Shown piece by piece: positions 1 to 13,019 of a stretch of DNA of 64,000 nucleotides. Both the position numbers and the translations under genes were made by a program. Source of the DNA: Octopus sinensis (Eukaryota); assembly GCF_006345805.1 (NCBI RefSeq), contig NC_043008.1, positions 2,046,001 to 2,110,000 on the forward strand. The letters are read 5' to 3'. How positions within the stretch are numbered: position 1 is the stretch's first letter; every line of letters begins with the position of its first letter. Below the pieces are notes generated by a model. The model had not been told where the DNA came from and ran no database searches. It saw nothing but the letters and a program-made list of their open reading frames with translations.

Positions 1-714
1 GAGTGATACTTCTGAGAACATATTTATTTAGAATTATTATCTTTACACGTAATCTAAAAGAACCTGTGTGCATGCACCAAAATGGCCAGTAAAAATTTGC
101 CTTCAACTTAACAAGTGCTAAGTCACAGATAAATCTTTTAAATTAAATTACCTCCGATATACTCTCTGCAATGAACACTTCAAGCAAGACAAGAACATAT
201 TAGATATTATTCAACAGCTGAGAATTTGATAGGTGTTGGTGATACTGCCACTAACAAGCAGGCGCCGAGAACGAGGTAACGAAATAGCTTTCTATTTTAG
301 ACACAGATAAATATGTTCTATATCACATCAAACCATCTCAAACGCCAGGCCACGTATGGGTAATGAGGTCCTTAAGATGTTAGAATTCCTTTCGCCATAT
401 GTGAACTCTATTACAAGTGGTGCACAGATAAATTATAGCAATCATATTCAGCAAGTGAAACTGGAAAGTTTTAATTATGTTCAGGGGCCTCGAAGAAAGA
501 TTCTTGTTGGAAATAAAGCAGCCAGATTTATTCATATAAGCCAGCGGTGTAAGCAGGAATGGTATAGAATTTTCTTTTATATTCTTCACATTCTGCAAGG
601 TCACAGTCATGATATAATTTGGAAAATAATTTTCTATCAATGAACTTTGAATTCAAACCGTAGAGAAATGAAATATAATTTCAAATTGAGTAAAGAAGTA
701 CATAAATAAAAATG

Positions 715-862
715 TATAAACATATATACAAAAACATACGCATATATATAATTTATATATATACTTACCTATAATATATATATATATATGTGTATGTATA
801 TGTATATATATATATATTTATATATATATATATATAGATATATACATATATATAGTATATAT

Positions 863-901
<39 letters not shown>

Positions 902-911
902 CTACATGCAC

Positions 912-956
<45 letters not shown>

Positions 957-1143
957 ATTATATATAATATATCTATCATATATATATACATATATATAGT
1001 TATATGTGTGTGTGTGTATTTCTGTAGGGATATGAACATATTTGCACGGGAAATCATTATGCGTAATTAATATTATCAGAGTAATAAAGATTTTATAATT
1101 TTTTACTGCCACTCACGTAACGTGGCCTGATATTAATTATATA

Positions 1144-1199
<56 letters not shown>

Positions 1200-1219
1200 A
1201 TAATATATATATATATATA

Positions 1220-1254
<35 letters not shown>

Positions 1255-1290
1255 ATATTATATATACCATATACATATACCTATATATTA
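715..1290. repeat. (TA)n-rich microsatellite tracts
   Basis: Long interrupted TA dinucleotide runs at about 715-1015 and 1135-1290. Confidence 0.95.
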
Positions 1291-1564
1291 ACTCCGACCG
1301 TGGTCTTTTCCGTAGGGTATTCTTTCCATGGATAAACTTTATATGTCTCTCCTTTTTACACTATTGCATCTGTGATACACAATCCCTATTGTTCGGCCTT
1401 TTCTTTCTTTGTTTTTACGACTCCTTTTGATCGAATGTCTACTCTACCCCCCCTTTTTCTTCTCTTCCAACAAGAAAACTCTACTTTGTATTTTGTCCCC
1501 CTCTGTGTTCAGCTCTGTGTGGCCAATAAGGGAACACACCACAGACCACAGACCAAGCACACAC

Positions 1565-1635
<71 letters not shown>

Positions 1636-1816
1636 ATATATATATAATATCATATACCATATATATATATGGTTATGAAGATAATTTGTAAATACACCCA
1701 AAGGTGTCAGATAATGCTGAGTAAGTGCTCCAGGTTCGATGATTATGTGAATGAGGAGTCCAACGTATGTCCTATATCGGCATCTGTGAAAGATGTTAGA
1801 ACATTTATAAATAAAT

Positions 1817-1866
1817 TCTACGGCTGTTTCTGGGATAATATATTTATCCCTTCATCGGAGACGGTG
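1817..1866 (-). ncRNA. Degenerate Penelope-type hammerhead motif
   Basis: Minus strand reads CCGATGA-A-GGGATA/aatatat/TATCCC-A-GAAAC-agcc-GTA. Stem II has 6 bp, the core is U4C and stem I is eroded. Confidence 0.5.
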
Positions 1867-2092
1867 TGAGAAAATGCTTAAGCAATAGTTAGTTATTTTA
1901 GATATGATATAAAATGCAATATCCCTGCATACATCACGTCTATTTTTATTCTTACACTTTACTCTCTATTTCATATCTTATGGAAGTAACTATTGCTCAA
2001 CCATTTTGCCACAACCGTCTCCGATGTGTAAATCTTTCAGATCTATTTACAATATTCTAAAGCCTTTCATAGCGTTATATTTTATCTTATTC

Positions 2093-2094
<2 letters not shown>

Positions 2095-2139
<45 letters not shown>

Positions 2140-2242
2140 TATATATAATATATATATATATGCGTATGTGTATTTATATATACATGTGTATTTCTTTTTT
2201 TTTAAATGAATGTGTGTATGCATGTATATTTGTGTATGGATG

Positions 2243-2273
<31 letters not shown>

Positions 2274-2505
2274 GGACATGTAGATTTATGTATGGGATAT
2301 ATATATATGTGTGTATATGTGTAGATATGTTTATGTATGTACGTGTATGTATGTGTATGTATGTGCATGTATGTATATGTGTATGTATGTATATGCATGT
2401 GTGTATTTATATATGCATTAATATATTTATATGCGTATATATGCTTATATATGCGTATATATATTTATATATACATATGTGTGCGTGTGTGTGTGTATGG
2501 AGGAG

Positions 2506-2536
<31 letters not shown>

Positions 2537-2650
2537 GTATGTATGTATATATATATGTGCGTATGTATGTATACATATGTATATTCGCATGTGTATGTAT
2601 GTGTATTTGTTTGTATGTTTATTTTATATGTTTTACATGTATATTTATCT
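2095..2650. repeat. Compound (TA)n/(TG)n/(TATG)n microsatellite
   Basis: Directly visible; accounts for the Y/I/M/C/V-rich ORFs at 2174-2722. Confidence 0.95.
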
Positions 2651-2962
2651 ATTTATTCCCTCCACCTAACAATAACAAACTGCCTACCTCTTCTTGACCA
2701 CCAAAAAGCAATCGTCTTCTAATTTACCTAAAATCCCATCCCATATATCTGTTTCTATTCATTTATTCTATTTATTCATTTATTTATTTTCTCACTGATT
2801 CTTCTCAGTTCAAAAAACACTCTGGCCTTTTGACCACTCCCTTAAGAACAATAGCTTGTGCCCTGTTTATCTCCTAAATACCAACCTACCCAAAAAACGC
2901 CCCCCACCATCACTCCACTAAATCAGCCAAAATGCATAAATACCAGAACTTATTTTGACAGC

Positions 2963-3015
2963 CAGCTTCCTGAAGATTTCATCTGAATGAAACAGTTCTA
3001 GCCCTGTAGAAGCTG
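2963..3015 (+). ncRNA. Type I hammerhead ribozyme, intact catalytic core
   Basis: cagcttc CTGAAGA t-ttc-atct-gaa-t GAAA cag-ttctagcc-ctg TA gaagctg. Stem I has 7 bp, stem III 4 bp, cleavage triplet GUA (after 3008), with a U.U pair at the base of stem II. Confidence 0.75.
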
Positions 3016-3022
3016 CTTCTAT

Positions 3023-3079
<57 letters not shown>

Positions 3080-3989
3080 TTTAAAAAAGAACATAGGAAT
3101 ATGCCATTATTGTATAAATTTTTATTAAAAATGTATGCGGAGAACGCTTGCAAACTATAACTATAAATCGTTGTTATTTGATACAATTTTTAACGTGCCT
3201 TTCTAAAACTTTCTGTATTGGCTGCAAAGAAAATTATTCTAATTAAATGAGAGAATATGTAATTCCAGTAATGCGCCGTATACATACGCATTGCATTTAA
3301 TATATTAATATCATTTCTGCATTGTATGATTTTCATAATGGATAGTGAAAACAATATTGCGCTAATGCATATACAGCCACTAAGGACAAACATTTCGGTT
3401 TTCTGCATACGAGATCTGTCTTTCCTACGTTATACATATGAATTATTAGATCAGTAAACATAACAAACAATCTTTCTTTTATTTCTACTTATAAATGCGT
3501 CCGCGAGGCGGGTTTAAACGCATGAGTATGTATTTGTGACCAACAAATAACATCAAATTATTTCAATTCAGAACTATTTCAACGGGGCAAGTTGCAAACG
3601 AATTTCTAGTAAATGTTATACTACATTGGGCTGTAAAAAATTCAACAACTTGCTGAGTCAGGTGATGCGTTATTCAATATCATCCGAAGGAGGACAGTAA
3701 ATAGCAATCATAGCTCGATACTATCGAGTTCAACTCAAAATGCATTCCTGGGTAGAAGAAATCATCTACGAACTTACATATGGAATTAAGAGAGGCCATT
3801 CTTTTGCGGGATTTTTCATGTCACAAAGTTACTTATTTATCTTTGGCGTATATTGTTTCACGGCATTTGTAATCTGTAGTACACTTTGCATGATTTTCAA
3901 AGAATAAATTCTGCTGCAAACGCTAATTATTCGGATGCTTGTCCTAGTCAAATCAGAGGCTCGTTGAGTGTTTTAAAATAATTAGGATA

Positions 3990-4238
3990 TGCATTGTTAA
4001 AGCATGTTTTTTTTGGCAAATGATAATGATGATTATTATTAATATGCTTATAATAATGATGATTATGATGACGACGTCGACGATTTTGGTGACAATGAAA
4101 ATTATAATGATGATGGTGAGGATGATGATGATGATGATGATGACGACGATTTTGATGACAATGAAGGTTATAATGATGATGGTGATGATCATGATGATGA
4201 CGACGACGACTAAGATTGTGATGACAATGTAGGTTATA

Positions 4239-4269
<31 letters not shown>

Positions 4270-4440
4270 CGACGACGACGACGACGATGATGTTCCTGAT
4301 GCTGATGCTGATGGAGCTGATAACGATGAATGTGATGATGATGTTGTTTTTAATTAGAAGTGGTAAAATATTAATGATCGTTATAATGATGCTGGCGATG
4401 AACAAGCTGATGATGAATGAGTAGGAGTTTGATGATAATT
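3990..4440. repeat. (GAT)n/(ATG)n/(GAC)n degenerate trinucleotide array
   Basis: Directly visible; gives the poly-I and poly-M ORFs. Confidence 0.95.
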
Positions 4441-5248
4441 AAATGTAAATATTTGCATTTGTATTTGCAAGTATTCACTGTTTGCTGTGAATTGAAGCAT
4501 AATTGCCGAATTCTTAACATCGTTAATAACAGCCTTACAGCTTTAACGTGTGCGGAGAATACATGAATGAATATATAGTAAATAGTTCCTACTTTCATTA
4601 GTATTTGAAAGGCTTCAAAATAAACATAACATTCATGGTGGTTTTGTTTTCGTTATTGGTGTTATCAGCTTTGTTCATTAGAGAATACCGTGTCTGTAAA
4701 TGTGTCTTCGGATATGAATTGAGCACGCAGATATTTCCACACCTTAAATTTTCAGCCCGATGTATTATCCCTTCCATAATTATAGGACATATACAGGGCT
4801 ACGAAAGTACACTTAAATATTTGCATTGAGAATTCATGTGGAAGCAAGACTCATATGCAACGATATGAGTTTATGAAACAATTGCTCGTAAAAGCAATAC
4901 ATAAACAACAAGAACATTTTCTTACTTAGGCAGCACAATTCAATCGAATTTGGGTGGAAGAGCGACACGTTGATTAAGTCAGGTGAGTCAGAGTGTGTGA
5001 GTGTTTATTTAGATTTTGCCACCACGAGACACCCGATATTGGTGTCTTTACGTCTTCGTAACTTAACAGTTGTGCAAAACAGGACGATAGAATTAGTACC
5101 AGGCTTTAGAAAATGTAGTACGGGGTGTCGATTCGTTCCACTAAAATTCTCAAACTCGCTGCCCCAGTATGATTAGAGTCTCATGAGTGATATAAGTAAA
5201 ATATTAAAGAAACCCGCAATCTCACAAACACACAGACACACACACACA

Positions 5249-5292
<44 letters not shown>

Positions 5293-6554
5293 ACATGATA
5301 TATATCATACACATTCACATTACCATTTTATCGTTATCTCTATCAGAAAGGCCAGGTAATTCTTAACAAAACCTGTGAACATTGTTTTAACGTATGAAAG
5401 CTAATCATTATATATTTAATGATAAGAGCTGCAACCAAAGTATAGTTAACCATATCAAATAGAAACTGATAATATTAGCTTTAACTAGATTATATCTAAG
5501 AAATATATCTTTCGATAAATATATGATCGTAACACAGAAACTATCACTAATAAATACATCATAGCCAAACATTTTTATCTCATTGTGTTGACAGATAATT
5601 TTTTTTCCTTAACAAGGAAGACATGAAAATAAAATAAATTATGAACTGGTTAGTTAGTTTGATATTTTGAAATAACCTCACATCTTTCGAAGATTATTCT
5701 AAATATATTAAGGGTATTCACGATGTACAATGCAAAAATACTTAATGTTACTTACATAGATGAAAGGTTTCTGACAAGGAGAGAAACATTTTTTTTATCA
5801 ATCAGATATCTCAATCATAAATATACATTTTAAAAAAATGTTGGTCTTAATTTATAAAAGTCATTTCTGTTTATCGAAAAGTATTTCAGATCAAAACACA
5901 GATTCTCCTATTGATATTTTCAAAACACTCTATTTTCTAAGGTAACAATATTGAACTATAGCCATTCAAATTGAGGAGCGTTATTATTCCAATACTTGGA
6001 TGTAGTGTGATTAGCTATTCTATGTTGTGTGTTTGTAATTTTCGTTTTATGTTGCTATATTAACCTACCATTGTTCATTTATATCCTCCTTGTTCTTTTA
6101 TGATATTAACATTCGGTACATTTGAACCAGCACACAAATTGACAAACATGTGCATTATTAAGGCCGTTCGCATACATATATGCTCATGCGTATGTACGCT
6201 GATAGGGGAAACAGCTAAGTGCATTATTTGTTTGGTTCCAGCTTCATATATTACACTTACTTCGTCTGTTTTTGTATTACACACAACTGAGCGAGTTTTA
6301 TATTATCTGTTCGAAAAAATACACACAGATACACGCATATATAAATGCATGCGTATTATATATGTATATGTATGCATAAATACAAATATGCATATACGTG
6401 TAAGTGTATCTGTATATAAACCTGTCTGTCTGCCACTCTCTCTCTCTCTCTATCTATCTATATATATGTGTGTGTGTGTGTGTGTGTTTGTGTGTATCTG
6501 TTTTTGTTACCAAATCTGACTCTCCGCTAAGTACCAAAGTACCAAATAGTAGTA

Positions 6555-6590
6555 AAAATAATAATAACAATAATAATAATAATAATAATA

Positions 6591-6658
<68 letters not shown>

Positions 6659-6720
6659 GCAGTAATAATGATAATAATAATAATAACAATAATATTAATA
6701 ATATTAATGATAATAATAAC
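6555..6720. repeat. (AAT)n microsatellite
   Basis: Directly visible. Confidence 0.95.
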
Positions 6721-6721
6721 A

Positions 6722-6840
6722 TCGAAACAGACCTTTCCCAAAGACACCTGAAGAAGGCCGGAAGTTATATCAGCCGAAAAGTTGTGTTAACAAGCAAGAT
6801 GTGGACAGATATTCGTCAAATGTAAATAACGTAAATACTG
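6722..6840 (+). mobile_element. Short Penelope-like pLTR fragment with minimal hammerhead motif (6743-6788)
   Basis: gacac CTGAAGA a-ggc...gcc GAAA agtt gtgtt, followed by 'caagatgtggacagatattcgtcaaatgtaaataa'. Related downstream sequence recurs in both orientations at about 9910-9990 and 10035-10120. Confidence 0.6.
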
Positions 6841-7331
6841 TACACAATTCCCCATCTCTTAAACATAGAACTTTATCTGTCAAGCTGATTCACAGCTTAG
6901 ATATTGAATGTTCTCTAACTGCAAAGCATCGCAGCTGTTGATATATTAGCGTTAATGTTTCAAAAACATAAATTTTATTTCAACGAGAACTTGACTCAAA
7001 ATGAAGTGCAGCACTTGAATATATGTGACAAGTAGAGGAAATTTTGAATTGATATTCATAGTAATTATGACCTTTGGGCAAATTAGTTGTGCTGCTTGAG
7101 AGGACAAACAACGATATGTTTTATAGTGAAAGGGAATTCACAGAATTGAAGTGTAAATATAGCAAAAACAGAAGGTTGGATGTCAGCTAGCATATTCAAC
7201 AGGTGAAGAAATTATTGGGAATAAATTACATTAAAGAGACATGTTAGGAACTTCGGAAAACTTGTTTTTGAAATTGAAAGTAATTCAATTTACAGCTGCA
7301 AAAGAAATAAGATGTAAGCTTCACGAAATTC

Positions 7332-7386
<55 letters not shown>

Positions 7387-7675
7387 ATATATATATATAT
7401 ATATGTATATAAAATAATATATATATATATATATATAAAATAATATATATATATATATATATTTTTTATTCGCATGAAATTATACAATATTCGTACATAT
7501 GCATACTCACACGAGCACATATGTGTGTTGGAGAGTACGTGCGAGTGAGTGTGTATGCACGAAAATACATACATTATAAACACACGTACATGTTCGGGTA
7601 TATTTAATGAAATAATACATAAGTATTTTTATCTTTATTGTATGCCAATGGGTGCTGAATCTTTTGAATAATTTA

Positions 7676-7728
<53 letters not shown>

Positions 7729-8280
7729 ATATATATATATATACATAAGGAGAGAGAGAGAGCGAAGGAGAGTTGTATGATTTTTATGTTTATCAAATTT
7801 ATTGAATAACAAAAGTGCCTCTAGGGGCAAAAATTCAATATCTAATTTCTTTTCACGTGAAGTATAAGTTTTCAGGCTCATAGTTTCCGAAGACATCAAT
7901 CAAAAGTTTACTAATTTTGTAGAATATTTTGACTTTTATTTCTGTTTGTCATGTTTCTCACGGGATATCTCTATGCGACATTCGGATTATCTTTTTGTAC
8001 ACGATGGGAGAAAAACACTGCATATATAGGCAAACTCAATCACTATACATGCAATTACTCATGCAGTCAGGCACAATGCAGGCACACACATGTATGTGGA
8101 ATGAGCTGTTTTTTATTACCCACAAGGGGTCATCGAAGAGAGGGTAATAACAATATATGTGGGGACACATAAAAACGAAGAAAATAAATATAAATGAAAA
8201 GATATAAATATTAAAACGTATAACGAGTGATACAATGAAAAGGATAATAAAACGAGCTACTCGCCCCACCACGAGCAGCA

Positions 8281-9240
8281 TCACTTGCTTTCTTTTATCG
8301 TTGAAATTCCGAGTCCTTTAAAATGTCTGTACCATATTTCTCGGTGAGCTCCTCGTACATTATATCGTCTGGTATCGTCTTTAAATCACAAATCACTCTC
8401 CAACACATATAACCCAACTTGAATTTCAATATTTCGTCTTTTGGGTTTTCGAGCACAAGAGCACATGAGTGCCATCCATCAATATTTGTCCATCCTTTGA
8501 CATGGACAAAACTTGCAGTCTTCTATTTTGCTATCTTATTGAGCAGTTCCTTTTCCACACCGTCAACCATCATATACGGAATAAGCGACGCATATTTTGG
8601 GATATATAAACTTGTTATAATAGTAAGTGTTGGTGAAGCAGTGTTCGTTTTGTTTAAGGAATGTTTTCCAACTTATCGAACGTTTATTTCAGACTTGAAG
8701 ATGGTAATATGCTGTCAAGGATGTTTATCTTCTGTAAGTTATTCATATTTCTTTTCTGTAGTATTTGATATGATGCTTAGTATTTCACTAATGCTAAGTG
8801 CGTATTGTCTACGATGTTTGTGTAGGTGTCAACAGTCTTCTATATAGAAGGATTTGTTTAGGTATCCGCTTTATTGTTTACCTTCCGTATCATCTCTATA
8901 GAGAGAATATTTCATACAAGTGATGCTGAAATTCGTGTTAGTTTTCGTTTCATTAACAGTGGCCACGATTGATTCTTTGTTTTACATTTCTCGTCCAATT
9001 TTATTGTTAAATATGTTCTGTGAGACATATTGTCCATTGCTCAAATGCTGTACTTTTATCAGTTGTGTTCTTTACATATTTGCACATACATACTCTGTTA
9101 TAATATTTACTATTTTGCTATATATGTACTTACAAGTTCCATATGCAGAATCTGATATTCATATAGCATTCTTATATTTACTATTATTCATTACTTTATA
9201 TGTTGTTTTTGCCAATACATTCAATGGTAAATAGCATGTA
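8281..9240 (-). pseudogene. Decayed non-LTR retrotransposon ORF with APE endonuclease motifs
   Basis: One minus-strand frame of about 320 codons with 9 internal stops and no frameshift. Motifs IVATVNETK, KYSLYRDDTEGK, LTIITSLYIP and KGWTN..GWHS..NPKDEIL resemble APE motifs (E-TK, Y-LYR-DR, SIY-P, GDFN..WGS..N-RG). Confidence 0.6.
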
Positions 9241-10119
9241 TTTGTTCAGGTTTGTTGTGTTTAGAGATTTATCTTTTAGCATTTATGTGCTATTTCCGTG
9301 GTAGTCGTCTCAGATGACTTCAGATTTAACCCTCACAGATTCTCTAACGAAATCTGTTTTCATACTCCAATACATTCACCCGAGAATTCTCTGCTCCTGA
9401 ACGATTTTACCCATTAACTGAAGGTATGTGCAACTTCATCATGGTTTATGTGTCAGCCGTAAGGTTATTCAATTTCTTTTTCACCGACTAGAGTATCTAT
9501 CTTTGATTCTTTTAAATCCCTGAATTGTTACTTAATTTTCGCACCTCACCCATTCGATTTTATTCCTTGGGCGGATTGATTAGCTTGAGATAATATTGGG
9601 AGTGAACTGTATTATATTATTGGCGGCATGGAGCTAGATGGTTCTCATGCATGCTAAGTCTTGTTTGTACGTCAATCTTCAGAAAGACTGTCAGAAAAAA
9701 ATTATGCTTTCGATTAAATAACTGCAGTTCTATAAGAATGTGGTCCATTTTATTCTTTAACAAAAACATGTCAGTCGGAAATCTGCTAAGTTATATTACT
9801 ATATTGGATTTCCTGCAAGTTATTTATTGTATTGTATCGGTCCAGTACAACGTTCTGCTCTCCTCCAAAATCAAACAATCAATGCCTCTATTTTACACTG
9901 GTTTACTCACTCTCAGCCAGCGAAATATTCTCTTAACAACAAACTAGATGAAGTCAAATACCCATCAAATGTAAATAATGTAAATAATGTTTCTTTTTAC
10001 AGTTCTATATTTAAGAGATCAGGAATTATGTATATTGTTTACATTATTTACATTTGACGGTTATTTGTCCTCATCTTGTTTGTTGTTGTTTATACCCTCC
10101 ACCCTTCACCAACAATAGT

Positions 10120-10235
10120 GATGATACTACTGCTGATAATAATATCAATAATAACATTAATAATAACAACCAAGACGACAACTATAATGATGGTGATGAT
10201 GATGATGATGATGATGATATGAGGATGATGATAAA
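10120..10235. repeat. (AAT)n/(GAT)n microsatellite
   Basis: Directly visible. Confidence 0.9.
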
Positions 10236-11799
10236 TGAGAATGAAAGAGACAGCTAATGGCAAATATTCCCTTCACATAGGACATAATGAGAAGGAGAAA
10301 CGTAGGATGTCATATCAGTGCAACCAGTGACAATATTAAGAAGGATCTAGCTGAATAAAATGCGGAATCTATGTGCATAAAAACAATTAAGGAAACCAGT
10401 GAATATTGTCATTTTATCGATGCTACGAGTTATCATAATGTTCATTGGTAGTAAAAAGAAATGTAATCGAAGTTGGCATGAATAATTTCTCCATCAAAAT
10501 AAACTATACAAATTATTGTCAGAATGAATACACGAGCTAAAATTTGTCATTGCTTTTGCTAGTATACAGGGTGTTTGCATCTGTTCTTGATTGATTTTGA
10601 CATACTGTTGTACACCACCCGCTAGAAGACAGCCAATGACACCTTAATTGACTCTATTGAGAGAAAAATAAAAGAAAATAAATTATCTCGCAAAATGGAG
10701 TAAACAGTTGAAACATGAAAACCGAAACACAATTTAGAGGAATAAAAGAAACCTAATCAAGTATGGTAAGAAGACATCATGTATTAGAATCAAGGGGGTG
10801 TTTTAAATAATCTGAGTAAAAGCGTGTAGAAACAAGACACATCACTAAAACAGGCTGCACGAAGGAGAAGAAAAATGTAATGGGATTGACCTATATGGAC
10901 ATTCATAACAAACCATAAAATGTTTGGACAAACAACATTAACAGAATTTTTGAAGCATAATGGGAGAAAATATGTAAAAATATTAAGCATAAAGCAGCCA
11001 TTATGTATCAAGAATATAAAAGGGAAAATATTAGAATATCGCAAATATCGGTCGTGGCAAAAATATCACAACTTCAACAGGAAAACTGCTGGGAGGGAAA
11101 ATGTTTGCACTTTGTCACCTAATGCAGAATGGAAGTGCCGTTGTGTTTATTGCAGTTAGCAGGTACTGCTAATGGACAACAGAAATGTAGCCGAGTGAAA
11201 ATCTCAGTGGCTTCTAAATGTTTGTCAAAAGTTATTAACCAGTCACCTTTAACGAAAGATACACATAAATGTCCAAACTCACACTCATAAATTGAGTACT
11301 AATATCGCATATACGTTTCTCATGCATAATTTACAGACGAACGCTGTTCCACATGATCGCAATGGTATCTTATTTGAAAAACAGAAAGGCTGCCGATACG
11401 GGATATGTGTGTGTAAGGCGCAGACGCCGTTCCTTCGCATAATCAATGAAGACTATAAAAAGCAAAGTGATTTGGCTTCAGGCTTATTTCGTGTGTACAA
11501 TTTATTATGAGACTTGCAGGAATAATATATCAACCAATGATAAACCAAGGATTTAAGAGTATATTATACAATTGTGTACAGAACAAGATTTTGTTCTTTC
11601 AATATAATTGAAGTAAGGACCGGTTTCGTATTGCTCAATAAACTGGGAGTTGAAAGAGATAAAGCACTAGGAAAATTTATTACTAAGGGAGATAATTGTT
11701 TACTTTTTTATTTTGCAGTAGAGGGGAAGTAAATCTGTAATATCTATTTTATTGTTTTCTTTTGTGTGTTCTTTGCTTTATTCTGGCTTACATCTTCCA

Positions 11800-12290
11800 T
11801 AAAATGGGGTAAGTCATTTTAATTTTCAAAATGGTCCCATATTTAATTCAGGTGAACAAGGTTAAATACTGTTCTTGATCGTTCGAAGCTTATTGTTGTC
11901 ATTTTTACTGACCTTAGTGGACATCTTCCTCAAATGATGCCTATATCCATACCTGTTCATTCTTACAGAATAATCCAACTTCATTATGCAACTCTTTAGT
12001 TCTACCTCCCTCAGCTCACCCAAATAGAGCTGGATATTTTAAATGCAATTCAGTTTGTGCTTATTTGTCTTATAATCTACAACGGTAGTCTGCTCCAAAA
12101 CTGTCCTCTTTGCCATTGCACATATCATTTTTGCTCATAGATATTGCTGCATACCAACTCTGCAACGTATTTCTGGCAGAATTAAAAAAAAAAATTTATA
12201 TGTTGCGTCATCGCCTTCTTGATGATGTGAGAGGATTATTTTGTCTCTTTGCGGTATTTGAAAGCAGAAAAATGATATTTTTCTTGTTTA
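11800..12290 (-). mobile_element. Highly decayed CR1/L2-like LINE 3' remnant
   Basis: Fragmentary minus-strand peptides (e.g. GQFWSRLPL; 'GRCPLRSVK') resemble the CR1 RT C-terminal YCVQFWSP...RGH-LKL region. Confidence 0.45.
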
Positions 12291-12639
12291 TCAAGGTATG
12301 AATAGTTGCTTTTCTTCAAGGAAACAGACGCATTGAATTCAAGTAGCATTTTGAATTAAAATGTTAGTATTGAATGAAAATGTTATTATTTCCACCTGAA
12401 TTAAGCAAGCATTAAAACTATGAACAAAAAGTTTTTGTTATGACTGAAAAATAAATCGTTCGAAAATGTGTACACCGACAAATATTAAATCCAATAGATT
12501 ACAAGCCAGAAAACAGTTTGTGGCCGAAAATATTGCCAGAAAACAGTTTATGGTCCAAACTAGCACACCTAGGCAGCGAATAGTCATTTTGTCGTCTAAG
12601 CTGAGCTTCGATTTATCATTTATTTCTATTTCCTTGCAC

Positions 12640-12830
12640 CCGATAAGGCGATGAGCTGGCCAAATCGTTCGTACGCCGGGAAAAATATTGCTTAGTAACT
12701 TTTCGTCCACCGCTACGTGCATATTCCACCGAGGTCTACTTTGGCATAAATTACTTCAGGGGTGGGAGTCATTAAAGTAATTACCAATTGAATACTGGTA
12801 TTGATGTAATGGACTTATCATTCAAAATGT
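12640..12830 (+). mobile_element. Octopus-type SINE, degenerate
   Basis: 'gataaggcgatgagctggc...cgccgggaaaaatattgcttag...ccaccgaggtctactttggc...ttgatgtaatggactta' is homologous to the copies at 21975-22385 and 60670-61050. Confidence 0.7.
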
Positions 12831-13019
12831 TCAACCATTATCTCGAGTTTTAGAGGGAGAAATATTCTGAGACACTGAAGATAATAGTTTTTACTTGTGA
12901 CATTACGGATTTTATAAATAGTATTGCAAAGAGTATAAACAATTGCTTTACTAAAATATACCAATTGGAATGAGAACAGCATGTAACTAAGCTGTCGCCC
13001 ATAGAATTAATTTAGAAAG

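Noticed and set aside
233-275. Possible 43-bp exon (AG...GTAACG)
   Set aside because: Weak acceptor, unrecognised peptide, no partner exons.
1372-2722. ORFs rich in Y/I/H/T/C/V/M, here and at many similar sites (e.g. 41038-41430, 59847-60236)
   Set aside because: They are translations of (TA)n, (CA)n and (TATG)n microsatellites, which lack stops in some frames.
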